DNA of 64,000 bases. Origin: Sphyrna mokarran (lineage: Eukaryota). The stretch covers positions 48,422,001 to 48,486,000 of the forward strand of contig JAGIQG010000006.1 of the NCBI GenBank assembly GCA_024679065.1. Direction: 5' to 3'. The position numbers were made by a program, and so were the translations under genes. Position 1 is the first letter of the stretch. Every line of letters starts with the position of its first letter. The notes below the pieces were generated by a model. It did not search any database and was not told the origin of the DNA. It was given only the letters and a program-made list of their open reading frames with translations. Below are positions 27,874-40,119 of this stretch, in pieces.

Positions 27874-27982
27874 CCGCACCAGTTCAATATCATTTTACTT
27901 CTCGGCTTGCTTTCCAATGTCCAGCAGCACGCATGTTGAGAATATATGACTCAATCTCAACTGCAGCATATAAAGTTCCAAT
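27874..27982 (-). pseudogene. Exon of nested decayed gene (109 nt) with in-frame TAA
   Basis: Long polypyrimidine acceptor (cttcctttcttttgcttcctcc...tctttag) and donor gtaaaa. Translates LELYMLQLRLSHIFSTCVLLDIGKQAEK*NDIELVR with the stop at 27895-27897. Confidence 0.55.
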
Positions 27983-28129
27983 CTAAAGATGCATGATGGA
28001 GGAAGCAAAAGAAAGGAAGTTCAAGAATGATTTTGAGATGAGTAAAGAATATGCTGCTATGTTTCAATGCTATTCCCCTTGATGCTCTGTCAGGTATTGT
28101 AAAGGCATGGCTGAATGTTTTGAGTTTTT

Positions 28130-28745
28130 TTATTCATTCAAGGGATGTGGGCTTCATTGGCCATGTTTATTGCCCATACTTAATTGCCCATGAGAAGTTG
28201 GTGGTGAGCTGCCTTCTTGAACCACTGCAATCCTTGTGGCGCTATTGAGGAGGGGAATTCCAGCATTCTGATACATTGACAGTAAAGGAACGGTGGTATA
28301 TTTGGAAATTAGGTTTGAAGGGTCACAGGTGGGATCGTGTTCTTAAGTTTATGCTGCCCTTATCCTTCTGGATCTAGATGGTGGGGACTATCTAATCTGC
28401 TTTTGTGAGTTCATGCAGCACATCCTGTAGAAGATACACATTGCTGTTACTGTGCAAAGGTGGTGGAGGGAGCAAATGTTTCTGAATACAGTGCTAATCA
28501 AGTGGACTACTTTGTCCTGGATGGTGTCAAGCTTCTTGGGTGTTGTTGGAGCTGTACTCATCCAGACAAGCGGAGAGTGTTCCTTTACACTCTGACTTGA
28601 ACCTTGTAGGTGATGGAAAGGCTTTGGGGAGTCAGGAGGTGAGTTATTCACCACAGGATTCCTAGACTCTGACCTGCTCTTGCAGCCAAAGTATTTATAT
28701 GGCTAGTACTGCTAATTTTCTAGTCAATGGTAACCCCCAGGATAA
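28130..28745 (-). mobile_element. 3' RT fragment of an L2/Crack-like LINE
   Basis: Minus frame EHSPLVWMSTAPTTPKKLDTIQDKVVHLI is a typical LINE RT C-terminal region, followed by the shared tail. Confidence 0.75.
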
Positions 28746-28960
28746 TGTTACTGTTGACAATATTGATCACATTTCTATGAATGTTTCTGTTCACTATTTT
28801 AACACATACATTAAAATAGAAGATAACAAAGTGTCACAATTCTAAACAATTTTCCACTAAATATATTTACAGTAATTTCTGACCTTTAACCTTTGAATTA
28901 AGTCTGCAAGCTGACAGAATAACAGCAAAGTAACTTTTCACAGCTATGTATATAACTTAC

Positions 28961-29026
28961 CCATATATTAAATGAGGTATGAATTTGGTAAAGTGATTAA
29001 TGGCTTTGTTGCTGATTGGTTTATAT
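28961..29026 (-). pseudogene. Exon of nested decayed gene (66 nt, phase 2-2, open)
   Basis: Acceptor tcctacag and canonical donor gtaagt. Translates YKPISNKAINHFTKFIPHLIY(G), in phase with both neighbours. Confidence 0.65.
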
Positions 29027-29353
29027 CTGTAGGATTACTTCTGATAACAAAGATCCTTTTCTCATGGTGCCAATTTCATTCATAATAAAGAAATGACATA
29101 AACATAAAATATCAAATCATGTATTCCTTTAATTAAAAATGAAATATAATTAAAATGACTGAAATGGAATCCATTAATTAAAAGTAGTTTTTCTCAAATG
29201 TACTGGATAATGCACTATTTGAAACTGGGAAAAAGGATCTTGAAAAGAGCTTCCAAGTGATGAAATTTAGGTATACTGAAACCAATACTTCAGCAGAATC
29301 AAAGGCCCTTTCTTAAAACTGAACAGGTAAAATGAAAATCAATAACACACTAC

Positions 29354-29533
29354 CTGTGGTTTAGTTTCTTAGTGATACAGTTGTCAGATAATCTTTGTAA
29401 ATGATTGCTTGTGTTAAGCGAGGCAAATAACTTGCTGTATACTGTCCCAACTGCATGAAATATGATTCCACAGCTGTATATCCCAGCCTCAAACTCTCCA
29501 TCAAGGCATTCATTGTGTGCAAGGCTAAAGTGT
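29354..29533 (-). pseudogene. Exon of nested decayed gene (180 nt, phase 2-2, open)
   Basis: Acceptor cccttctaattag, donor gtagtg. Open translation HFSLAHNECLDGEFEAGIYSCGIIFHAVGTVYSKLFASLNTSNHLQRLSDNCITKKLNH(R). Confidence 0.6.
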
Positions 29534-29759
29534 CTAATTAGAAGGGATATAATGGATTTCTAATAGAGAGAATTCAACTGTTCTCAGTCTAGTCAAGCTG
29601 CTTCAATTAGGAAGTATCATTTAAGTAAATCTTTCACGACAGAGTCTGGGTACTAGTCATTGACCTGAGTCTATAAATAAATTTCAGTCTTTACGGAGAT
29701 TTCAGTAATTTGTTCCCAACACCGATAACAGAACTTGATAGTTAAATTTTAAAGGACCG

Positions 29760-30300
29760 CCCTGCACAATATACGTAGCACCAAAACATTGAGCTCAGCC
29801 CTTTTGTGTTTAAATCACTAAACTAGACCCAATTACCTGTGTCTGGCCTATTTCCTCTATACCTGTCTTGCCCAAGTAACTTTCTAAAGGCTCTTAACAA
29901 ATATAATTGTACCTGCCTTTACTACTACCTCTAGCAGCTTGTTCCAGACATTCACCACTGTGTGAAGAAATTGCCCCTGTGGACCATTTTGTATCTCTCT
30001 CCTCTCACTGTAAACCTATTCCCTTTGGTTTTAGATTCCCCTACTTTAGGAAAAGATATTGAATATCTAGCTGATCTATGTCCCTCATTATTTAATAGAC
30101 CTCTCTAAGATCACCCCTAAATCTCCTATGCTCCAAGGAAAAAAAAGTTCAAGTCTACCCAGCCTCTCCTTATAACTCAAACCAACAAAAGTCCCGATAG
30201 CATCCTGGTAAATCTTTTCTGCATTCTTTCTTGTTTAATAATATCCTTTCCATAATAAGGTGAACATAACCATACACCATATCCAGGTGTGGCCTTAATT
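29760..30300 (-). mobile_element. CR1 3' fragment
   Basis: Reverse complement has ...ggccacacctggat...agaaaagatttaccaggatg...ggagaggctgggtagacttg, the CR1 RT terminus. Confidence 0.8.
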
Positions 30301-30519
30301 GGTTTATACTTGGACAAGTATTATGGACAAATTTTGCATTCAAAATTTCCCTAACATATGATTGATGAATAAACCATTTATTATTATCTACAAGAAAAAT
30401 ATTTCAATAGTTCTTCCCATCAAAACCACAATTGATTAGCTACCTAACTATATAGCAAGGAGTACTTAACAACTGAATACTTCTGCAAAACAAAATACAC
30501 ATTTTGGTTTTCTCATGAA

Positions 30520-30555
30520 TTGTCCTGATGAGTGCAAGATGAAAAGCTTCAACAA
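30520..30555 (+). ncRNA. Minimal hammerhead ribozyme motif, second family, probably decayed
   Basis: ttgtc CTGATGA gtgcaagat GAAA agct TC aacaa gives the core boxes, a palindromic AGCU loop on a single A-U pair, a UC cleavage site and stem I ttgtc/(g>a)acaa. Confidence 0.6.
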
Positions 30556-32496
30556 AATATGTTTTTTTTCAGCAGTAAGTTCTGTGTTACTAAATGACTA
30601 TTGAACAATTTTAATGATCTATTGTAGTAACTGATTTTCATAAATGCATTTAAACGTTTAAACAACATTGTAGGAATATAATTTTTTAAAGATTCAGGCA
30701 TCAGTTGAAGCATATTATTGCTTATAAACATGTGGAAGTAACTATTGTAGAAATGGAAGAATATACTTCCATAGGAGCTTGACCATATAACACAGAGCAT
30801 ATTATTAAATAATACTCCCAAACACATGACCCATCCTATCATCACCCACCTTCCACTCTACCCCTTTTTAAGAAAGTCTTTCTTAAAGCAAGAGAGTTTT
30901 GTTTTAAGAAAGACTTTAATGGATTTAATTATAGTCTAGAAGACAGTGAAAAGGATTGGAGAGAATTTGTATTTACACTGCTGCATCCAGGCATCTTGCG
31001 ATCAACTTATTACTTTGATGAGTTGGTCGAATATTCAATATTAGCTCCACTGGAAGGAGCCCCATGCACTTACTTCAAAAAAAATGCTATGATATATTTT
31101 GGTCCAATCTGGGCTAGAATCGCCATTTCCAATCTAGATCAGCAAAAAGCTTACTTCCTTACTGTCCTATGATTTTTGGGACCCGATTTCGATGCAGGAT
31201 CCTTCCAAATAGACATGGTGCAAAAAGCTTTACAGGAAGTGTCAGAGAAAATCTGCACTCCCCTTTGTACATTTAAGTAAAGAGTTTATAAGTTCCAAAG
31301 CCTCTTTATGAAACTACTTAAGTGCGTAAGGTATGTGGGTGAGAAATAGTGTGGCAACTGAGTGGGTGAAGATGGCAGGTGGATGTGAGGGATTAGGGTG
31401 GCAGATAAGTGAGGAAATAGGGTAGCATTAGAGGGCTAAGGTGCAAAGTGCATGGGTGAAGGTGGGGTGGCTGAGGAGAAAGGGTGGCAGGTAGGAAATG
31501 AGTATGGTGGTAGGTGAGGGGTAGGATGGCAGGCAGGTAAGGTTGGGGTGTTGTATGCTGTCAGAAGGTAATCAAGAGAGTTAGTGAGTGCCTGGGGGGC
31601 AGGTATAGTTAACCAGAATTAAAACTGGCTTTTATCCATCTAACATTTTTCCAGTAACAAGTATAAGTTGGAATGATAGGATCCAGGTGCCAGATAATTG
31701 ACCACTGGGAATTTAAACTTCTCGGCAATGCTCGTGTAGTCAATCCATTGGGACTTTTAAGGGATCCTGATGTGCATTTTTAAGGATAAGTTCAGCCTCT
31801 ACAGACTGGAAAATTTAGGCTGTTGTGTTCACCTGAGCAGACAGCACATCTAGTAAGACAGTATCTCTGACAATGCAGCATTGCTTCAATGTTGTACTAT
31901 AGTGTCAGACTAAATTACAAGCTCAAGTGGGACTTGGAAATAAATATAGAGAAATTAACATACTACATGTTTACAGAAAATGTTTTTTAAATTGATCACT
32001 ATTCTTTATGTAATTGTTCATGATTAGTAGCTTTTTTTATCTGTCTTGATTGAGCATAGTTAACTAGAAGATAGTGATGATTTGAGCTAATCAGAAATAA
32101 GTCAGATAAAAAGGTGAAATACACTTGTGCTTTATCTACAAGCATTGACTACAAGCATGACATTTAATTAGATATCCAGAAAACCACTTTTTAATGAAAC
32201 TATCAAATGCTTCACTAAAAGGAGAATAGCTAATTACTAACTGCACAACTGATTAAGCTGACAGTTAAGCCAGTTTTGTAACTGTGCACCTATATTCTCC
32301 ACAAACAGGAAGAAAATTGCAATCCTGGGATAGTTTATTGATTGAAATTGAACTTATTGCCTTGCATTTTGTAGTACTAATGATGACAAAACTCTCACTA
32401 TTTGCCCTCATTACTCCACTGAAACTGACAGTGAACTCAGGAATTCACACATGTTCAGAAAGTGGAGTCTCCCAGAAGCTGCTGTCAGTTATTCTA

Positions 32497-32518
32497 TGCT
32501 CCACCAGAGGGTGCACTG
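32497..32518 (+). promoter_or_regulatory. Putative CTCF binding site
   Basis: tgctCCACCAGAGGGTGCActg closely fits the CTCF core CCASYAGRKGGCRS (one mismatch) and lies in non-repetitive sequence. Confidence 0.6.
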
Positions 32519-33169
32519 TTGAGGTCTCACCAGAATGCAATCTTCCAAACATGCCATGAATTAAGAAAACCTCCACTTTTCCACTGTTGGTCTCGCTGTA
32601 AAACACGTTGAAAACGTTCCACTCGTTGCAGAAGGTGAAACTGCATTTTTAATGGCATTTCCAATTCATAATTACTGCTAAGTGCTTTACTGGTGAGAAA
32701 AGCTAATTTTGTACACTATTTGTGGAAAGTCAAATTTCCTCAATATGAAAAAGAATTTCAAAGGAAAAAATTTTCCTTTAAAATATTTACCTTTAATACT
32801 TCTGACTTAATGCAGTAATAATTACTTTTTTATTTTAATTTTCAGATAGATAAGAGAATTGTTTCTGTGATTTTGCAGTCTATGAAAATACTCAACACGA
32901 TCAACTGCTTACATTGCATGCAGATATTACTACTGTTGAATGCCTGGAGAACCTCTCATACTGCCAGATTTAAACAGCCATCCACAACTAAGACTGCAAG
33001 ATTTTTATCAGTTTTCTTCAAAGTTAACATTAAACACTGTTGCTCTGCTGCTGACTGAAAAATCTCGCCCATTGTAACATCTAGTCTTTGATTTTTAAGC
33101 CATTCCTGAAACAAGACTTCATACTTTAAAAATCAAACAGTAATTGTGTTTTAAAGGTGAATTAACTCA

Positions 33170-33475
33170 AGGGTGGATGGCACAGTGGCACTTCTGCTTC
33201 ATAACGCCAGTGACTCGGGTTCAATTCCAGCCTTGGGTGATTGTCTGTGGGGAGTTTAAACATTCTCCCCACATCTGCATGATCCAGTTTCCACCCACAG
33301 TCCAAAGATGTGTAGTTGTATAAATTAAAGGGATTAGTGGGGTAAACGTATGGAAATATTATGGGGATAAGGTGCGGGGTTGGATCTGGGTAAGATGCTC
33401 TGTTGGATAGTCCATTCAGATTTAATGGGCTGGATTGCAATGCTTTCTGCATTGTAGGAACTCTAGGATTCTATG
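33170..33475 (+). mobile_element. HE1/V-SINE copy (diverged)
   Basis: ggcacagtgg...gggttcaattccagccttgggtgattgtctgtg...cccacagtccaaagatgtg with a gattctatg tail. Confidence 0.85.
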
Positions 33476-33844
33476 TTGCCAGCAGTTTGGGATAGGCATG
33501 ATTCTAGGCATGGGTCTGCTGAACCAGAATAATATTACAAAAGAAAGGTGTTCGGATGTAAGTCGTTTTAATTGTAATGCTAATTTTACATAACAAATAA
33601 TTCAATGTAATTTTAATTTTCAAACCTAAGACTTCCACCCAGAGCTCAGATCAGCATAGGACTGAGGATGTACACAATAGTGCAGAAGCCTAGGATAGCA
33701 TGCAAGAGGATTGAGGATATATAAACAGCTTTACAGCAGTGGTACCAAAAGAGTCGAGAAGAGTGTGCGAGAAAACAGGGAATTTACAAATAGTATGATG
33801 GCAGCAGCTAACCCCAGAGCAATACAGGGAGGGACTTTGGATAT

Positions 33845-34485
33845 ATGGTCAAGAGCTTCAAGCTTTCAGATGTCCAGATCATCAATCATCTGTCCTGGTC
33901 CCTCCATGTGGATACCATAGTTAAGAAAGTCCACCAACACCTCTACATTGTTGGGAGACAAAGGAAATTTGGCATGTCTACTACAAATCTCACCAACCTC
34001 TACAGATGCACCATAGAAAACATTCTTTCAGGTTGTATCACAGCTTGGTATGGCTCCTGCTCTATCCAAGACTGCAAGAAACTACAAAGTATTGCAAATG
34101 AAGCCCAGTCCATCACTCAAATAGCCTCCCATCCACTGACACTACCTATACTTCCCACTGCTTTGGAAAAGCAAGCAGCACAATCAAAGACTCCATGCGC
34201 CACCCACATATTCTTTTCCATCAGGAAAAAGACACAAAAGTCTGAGATCACGTACCAACCGACTCAAAAACAGCTTCTTCCTTGTTGCCATCAGGCTTTT
34301 GAATGGGCTTACCTCACATTAAGGTGATCCTTCTCCACACTCGAGCTATGACTATAATACTACATTATGTGAACTTTCTCCTTTCTTTCCTTCCCTATAT
34401 ATGGTATGCTTTGTTTGTGCAGCACATAAGAAACAATACTTCACACTTTTTCCTAATAGATGTGACAATAATAAATCAAATCAAA
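33845..34485 (+). mobile_element. 3' end of L2/Rex-Babar-like LINE
   Basis: ORF VKSFKLSDVQIINHLSWS...LYRCTIENILSGCITAWYGSC is typical of this RT C-terminus. Ends aataaatcaaatcaaa. Confidence 0.85.
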
Positions 34486-35277
34486 TATACATAGAACATG
34501 CTGACAGTAGCAGAACCCAGAACAATGCAGGAGAGGCCTGATAATATATAAGCAGAGCTATGGTGGCATCCTGAGTAGAGCCTAGAATAGCAAGGGAGAA
34601 ATATGACGATGTACAAACAGAGGTAAAATAGAGCCCCGGGTCAGCAGGAAACTACTGATGATATCTAGACAGTGCTACCATAGAAGAGCCTATAGAAAGG
34701 ATTTCAAAGTGGGCCATCAATCAACAAAGCAAAATCAAAGTGGTAGTAGGCCAGTATGAAGGTGATTGGATGGTGGATTTTGCAGTTTTGCCCTTTAAGC
34801 TAGGGAGATGTGTCAAACTCACAGCTAAGAGTCTGTAACTTTCTATCATTTTACTGAATTAATTAATTAAATTAATTACTTCAGCTATTAAACTAAGTCG
34901 AACAATATTTTTAAATCATTAAGTATATATATACAGGTTGGACAGACATGGAATAGCAGAATGAAAGGTTATTGACTGAAATGTTAGCTCTGTTTCTCTC
35001 CTCATAGATACTGCCTAACCTCATGATTATTTCTGGCATTTTATGAACTTCAGAGGTGGTGGTGTGGAATAATTACAGCATAATGCGCTTCTGGACAGCA
35101 TTCAGATCCCAGACAACAATCTCTGCAGCTCACAGCTCAGGGAATTCCAGCTGAATTGTAGACACTGCAGTGCATCAGCCAGTTTAAGAGATGCCAGGAT
35201 TTTGTTCCAGGAAGCAGGCATACCCCTTAGGTTAAGAGGTGGTTTGCAGAGGGAAGGAGTAGGAGAGTGTGACTGTG

Positions 35278-35610
35278 GAAAACATGAACAAAGAAAATTA
35301 CAACAGGCCCTCTGGCTCTCCAAGTCTCCATTGACTATGCTGCCCATCTGAACTAAAAACCCCTACCCTTCAGGGACCATATCCCTCGATTCCTATTTTA
35401 TTCATATATTTGTCCAAGTGCCCCCTAAAATCACTATCGTATCTGCTTCCACTCCCTCCCCTGCAGCGAGTTCCAGGCACCTACACCTTCTGTGTAAAAA
35501 ATAACTTGCCTTGTGCATCCCCTTTAAACCTTGCCCCTCACACTTTAAACCTATGCCCCTTAGTAATTGACTGTTCCAACCTGGGAAAGGTTTTATAACT
35601 TCTCATAACT
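35278..35610 (-). mobile_element. CR1 3' fragment
   Basis: Similar to 26450-26800 (gaacaaagaaaatta...aaacctatgcccct). Confidence 0.8.
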
Positions 35611-36171
35611 TTTGTACTTTTATTTTATGCACAGATTCTTTTTACGTGTTTTGTATGAGCATCTCGTAGAGAACAGATTAATTTTAGATCTGTATTGCTT
35701 GAGATTTGGGTTAGATTAGATTCATACTATAAGAAGGATTGATGATGGTATGAACGGCTAGTATAAATAGCAAAGGGAAGTAGAAGTAAACATCCAAACT
35801 ATGTAACCAATTGTGCTTCAAGGATATGCTTTAAAACATAAAAATCAATAGACTCTGAAGCTACAACTAAATGAGGATACTGATTATCAAGCTTAGAAAA
35901 TGGTTATGCAGGGAAAAATTAACAATGAGCTGTTTAGATGTTAAGAATATCCTGTTTGTATTGTGACAATGGGTCCATGACCATTGACAAATGGAATAAC
36001 AAGATCAGAACATGATGGCAACATAGCAGACTAACTAGCTACAGGGGATATAATAGATTTGTTGATGCATTTCAAAAAGATAGAGCCAGAGAAGACAGAA
36101 GAGGTGTTGTGAAACATTACTACCCCAGCAAGGAAGGAAACAAGAACCGTTAGAACTAGGTTATCTATTAC

Positions 36172-38875
36172 CTTCATTTATTAAGTATAACTTTTGTTGT
36201 TTAATAGCTGAAACATCTGCATAAAGCATGTCTTTATTAGAAATGCATTGCCTGATCTTGAAATCTTATAGATGGATAAGGCAAATATAGGAATCTAGGA
36301 TTTAGTGATGGAGGAACCTCGGCAACATCCAGTGATTCTTCCAGTTGAAGTGCATAAAAGTGACTTGCTTGTACTCTTGCTATTAGCTCACCATTCATAC
36401 TGCGTTGCACTGATATCTGATAATTAAATTATGTTAATTTACTTGCAGGTCTTCTCTCCCAGCTGGTTAGCCATTGGCAATATCAACTCCTCCTTGATTG
36501 TGTGTGGCTTCCCTGTCTTTGCTATGAGCTGAGCTACCAGAAATAAGGCCTCCATCAGCTTAGCATTATCACTGCCAGTAAATGAACATTCCATAATTTT
36601 CTTGGTGCTTTGAAATTCTTTGAGCTTGTTTACAAAAAATGATAGGTTTAGTTAAGTGTTCCTCATGTCAAGATGATGGCGAAGATAAGCAGACTTTAAG
36701 CTTTCCCTCCTCAGGACTTCACAATGCAAGACACATAATGGCAAAGGCTCATTTTCAGTGCCTATGTAAATCACAGTCTCCACACACTAGTTATTTTTGT
36801 TGTGCTGTGTTTCATTTTCTGATGCTTCAATGTCATTTTGACCATCTGTCTCTTTTCTCTTAAGCGTGCCTAATGAAAGATACTGATCCATTTTGACTTC
36901 GCAAGTCTAATGTTTCTGAACCGTTGCATGTGCAGAGAGAACGTTCATTCAAACTGGTGTCATGCAAAAGAGCCATGTAACATCGATTTTTGTACAAGCA
37001 GCTGCTTTTGCTTAAGCAGGCTTCACTCAACAGAGTACTTGGCACTCCTGCAATTTGTCTTTTACTGTTAATAAAAGCATCAATACACCCTTCATATGAA
37101 GAAGTAAGATTACCAATAAAGCTTAGACTTTTTTTTAATGTCTTCTGTTGGACATATTCCCATATCCAGGGCATACTTTGCGGATGTTACTGTATGAATC
37201 CATGCCAGGGCTTTATGGTTTGGGAATCCTCAAGTCCATAACAATGGCCTTATTATCAAGACCTAATGTGCTTTTGGGTTCACCAGCAAGCTGAACTGCC
37301 CTTTTCAATTTCCTTCTGTTGCCTATTTCTAAGAAAAGGAACTTCTTTGTAATTATTGTTTTCAGGTTTATTTACATTGTTCTTGTCACGTTCACTATCC
37401 ACGTGCAGTTTGAGGTAACATTAGAATTGGCTTTTAAGTGAGTGGAGTTTCTACTCTTTTGCATCCAGTCTTGTGACTTCAATGTTAATTTCTTCCTGCT
37501 CTTGTTCTTCAACTCAGTTTTTTTTCCACAAGTTGTTACTTAATACACTGAGATATTCACCTTCAGATTTAATGTGACTCAGGATATTACCTGTGTTAAT
37601 ATCCTGAGTACCACATGATTCATTTAGAAATGCCATCTGTTATTCTCTCTTGATTGTCAGCTGCTACAACCTTGTTAAATTGATGTTTCTCAAGTGTCCA
37701 ACATACGTTTTTGCATTTTGGAAGTGTGACTCTGAAGAATACACTTTTTCATTCCCAACTTTACATAGAGTAAAATATTCTCAGAGTTTTTGCTAGACTG
37801 GGGATGTGAATTACTTTATATTTTAATGTATGATCTAAGCCATTTTTAAATATCAGCACACATGTATCATCATTTGTATTTGTGAAAACTTGGCTTAACT
37901 CCCTTATCTATCTGCAATGCATCTTTAAATTTAAGATTTTCTGCTGTTGGCACAAGGTTATTAGTGCCTGTAACCAAAACTCTCTCAATCTTTCCCTTCT
38001 GTTTTTAAAGATCTCCACGTTTCAGTTTCAGTGTTGTTTCATAACTCTGTGCAATATTCTCCAGACTACCCTAAAGTTACCATTTTGAACAGATAGTTCT
38101 GCCAATGCATGATGCTGATTATAATATGCAATAATATTATTGCATAATATCTGCAGATTGGGAATTGCTGTTTGACTACCAAAGGTTGATAATTTTGTAT
38201 TGATTGATGTTGAACTTTTAACCTTGACCATCTACAAACTTTTGATTTGATTTATTATTGTCACATATATTACCATACAGTGAAAAGTATTGTTTCTTAC
38301 GTGCTGTACAGACAAAGCATACCGTTTATAGAGAAGGAAATGAGAGAATTCATAATGTAGTGTTACAGTCATAGCTAGGGTGTAGAAAAAGATCAACTTA
38401 ATGAAAGGTAAGTCTATTCAAAAGTCTGACAGCAGCAGGGAAGAAGCTGTTCTTGAGACTTTGAACAATGGCGAGTCAGTTGATCAGATTTAGTTGCTGG
38501 TGCTCCAGTTTCTTCCCACATCCAAAATTGTGCCAGTTTGTTGAATAGCCACGATAAATTGTTCCTTAGTGTCAGAACACTAGCAAGATAAATACACGAG
38601 GTTACAGAAATAGGATCCAGATGGGATTGTTGTCAGTGCAGTCTCAGTGGACCGAATGGCCTCCTTCTGCACTGCAGGGATTCAATGAAGCTCTTGGGAA
38701 TTGTGGCCCCTGTGGCCAGACCTGGATTCTGTCTTTAGCTATTTCTCTTTTGATCTTTTAAACAGATTTTCCCATTCAATCTACGTCGCAAAGGGCTCAT
38801 GTTCAGTGGTTCATCATTATCTTCATACTTCCTCCAGGTGGAAAACAATCTGTCTTTGTTGAACTCCCCATTTTC
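36172..38875 (-). pseudogene. Large low-complexity exon remnant of the nested gene, interrupted by LINE-tail and SINE insertions
   Basis: Purine-rich on the minus strand. Long protein-like frames are broken by scattered stops (for example MAFLNESCGTQDINTGNILSHIKSEGEYLSVLSNNLWKKN*VEEQEQEEINIEVTRLDAKE*). Donor GAAG|gtaata at 36172. Repeats are inserted at about 38243-38690. Confidence 0.5.
38243..38690. mobile_element. LINE tail (minus, 38243-38460) and 5'-truncated HE1 SINE (plus, about 38497-38690)
   Basis: Matches 14400-14610 and the other HE1 copies. Confidence 0.8.
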
Positions 38876-39316
38876 TCAAGAATTAGCAAGAATTAATCTT
38901 TGGTTAAAAACTATTATTTAAAATAAAATTAATTAAAGCCAAGATTCTTGATTGAATTAACAACACAAGACCAAAAGTACCAATTTGGAACTATTAATAA
39001 TGGCTTCTTCAGCTATTTTGTTTTACTGCTTGAAGATTGTTTCAAAGCCTTAATCAAGTTATATTTTGGTTATGTAATCATTAATTTTTGATTTATGTAA
39101 TACTCGAACAATAGTAATGATTAATTGATTGCAGGTGATGCAAATTTTAAGGTGGCATTTTGGCTAATGCAAACAGTTTTAGTTTAACGTAAGACATTGC
39201 AAGATAACCCCATGACATGGGAACACCAAGATCTTAAAGTATTTAGCCCTACTGTAAAAGGCTTTGGTCAAAATCAGAGTAAAACTGGTAGAAGAAAGAA
39301 ATTATTCTTCTTCATG

Positions 39317-39630
39317 AGGTGGGACAGTGGTTAGTACTGCTGCTTCACAGCGCTAGGGATCCAGGTTCAATTCTGGCCTCAGATCACTGACTGTGCAGAG
39401 TATACACATTCTCCCTGTGTCTGCATGGGTTTCCTCTGGGTACTCCAGTTTCCTTCCACAGTCCAAAGATGTGCAGGTTAGATTGATTGGCCATGTCAAA
39501 TTCTTTCTTGGTATTGGAGATTAACAGAGTAAATATGTGGGATTATGGGAATAGAGCCTGGGTGGGATTGTGGTCAGTGCAGACTTGGTCGGCCAAATGG
39601 CTTTCTTCTGCACTGCAGGGACTCTGTGAG
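39317..39630 (+). mobile_element. HE1/V-SINE copy
   Basis: acagtggttagtactgctgc...ggttcaattc...cacagtccaaagatgtgcaggttag. Confidence 0.9.
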
Positions 39631-40119
39631 TGATACCTGCTTCAAAAGGTCAGAAATGAGTTATTAACTAGAAGATATAATTAGAAATCAATTAAATTCA
39701 CTTAATGACATTGTGACCAATGGCCTGATAGTCAGTGGAGTAATAATCAGGAAAGAATATAAAACATGAAGACTTGCAAGGTTTCATTACTCAGATACGA
39801 CCCCAGAGGCAAAAGCAAATCAAGAGTTCTCCATGAATGGTTTCAACATTGGGTCCTGAGAGGGTATATGTCTTGTCTGTGAGCTGTCAAAATGTGCAAC
39901 TGACTTAGAGCTATAAAGTAGGTATCCTGAATAAAATATCAAGTATAATTTTACTTCTTATTTTGCTTTCTAATAATCTTGCCTGAAATACAATCTCAGA
40001 ATCCTGATAGCCAATTGGTTAAAGTCTCATGCAAATGTCAGTTAAAAAGTCTTCTTTAGACATGATTTAAGGGTGATTATGATCTATAATTAATTTATTA
40101 TCTACAATATCAACAGCAA

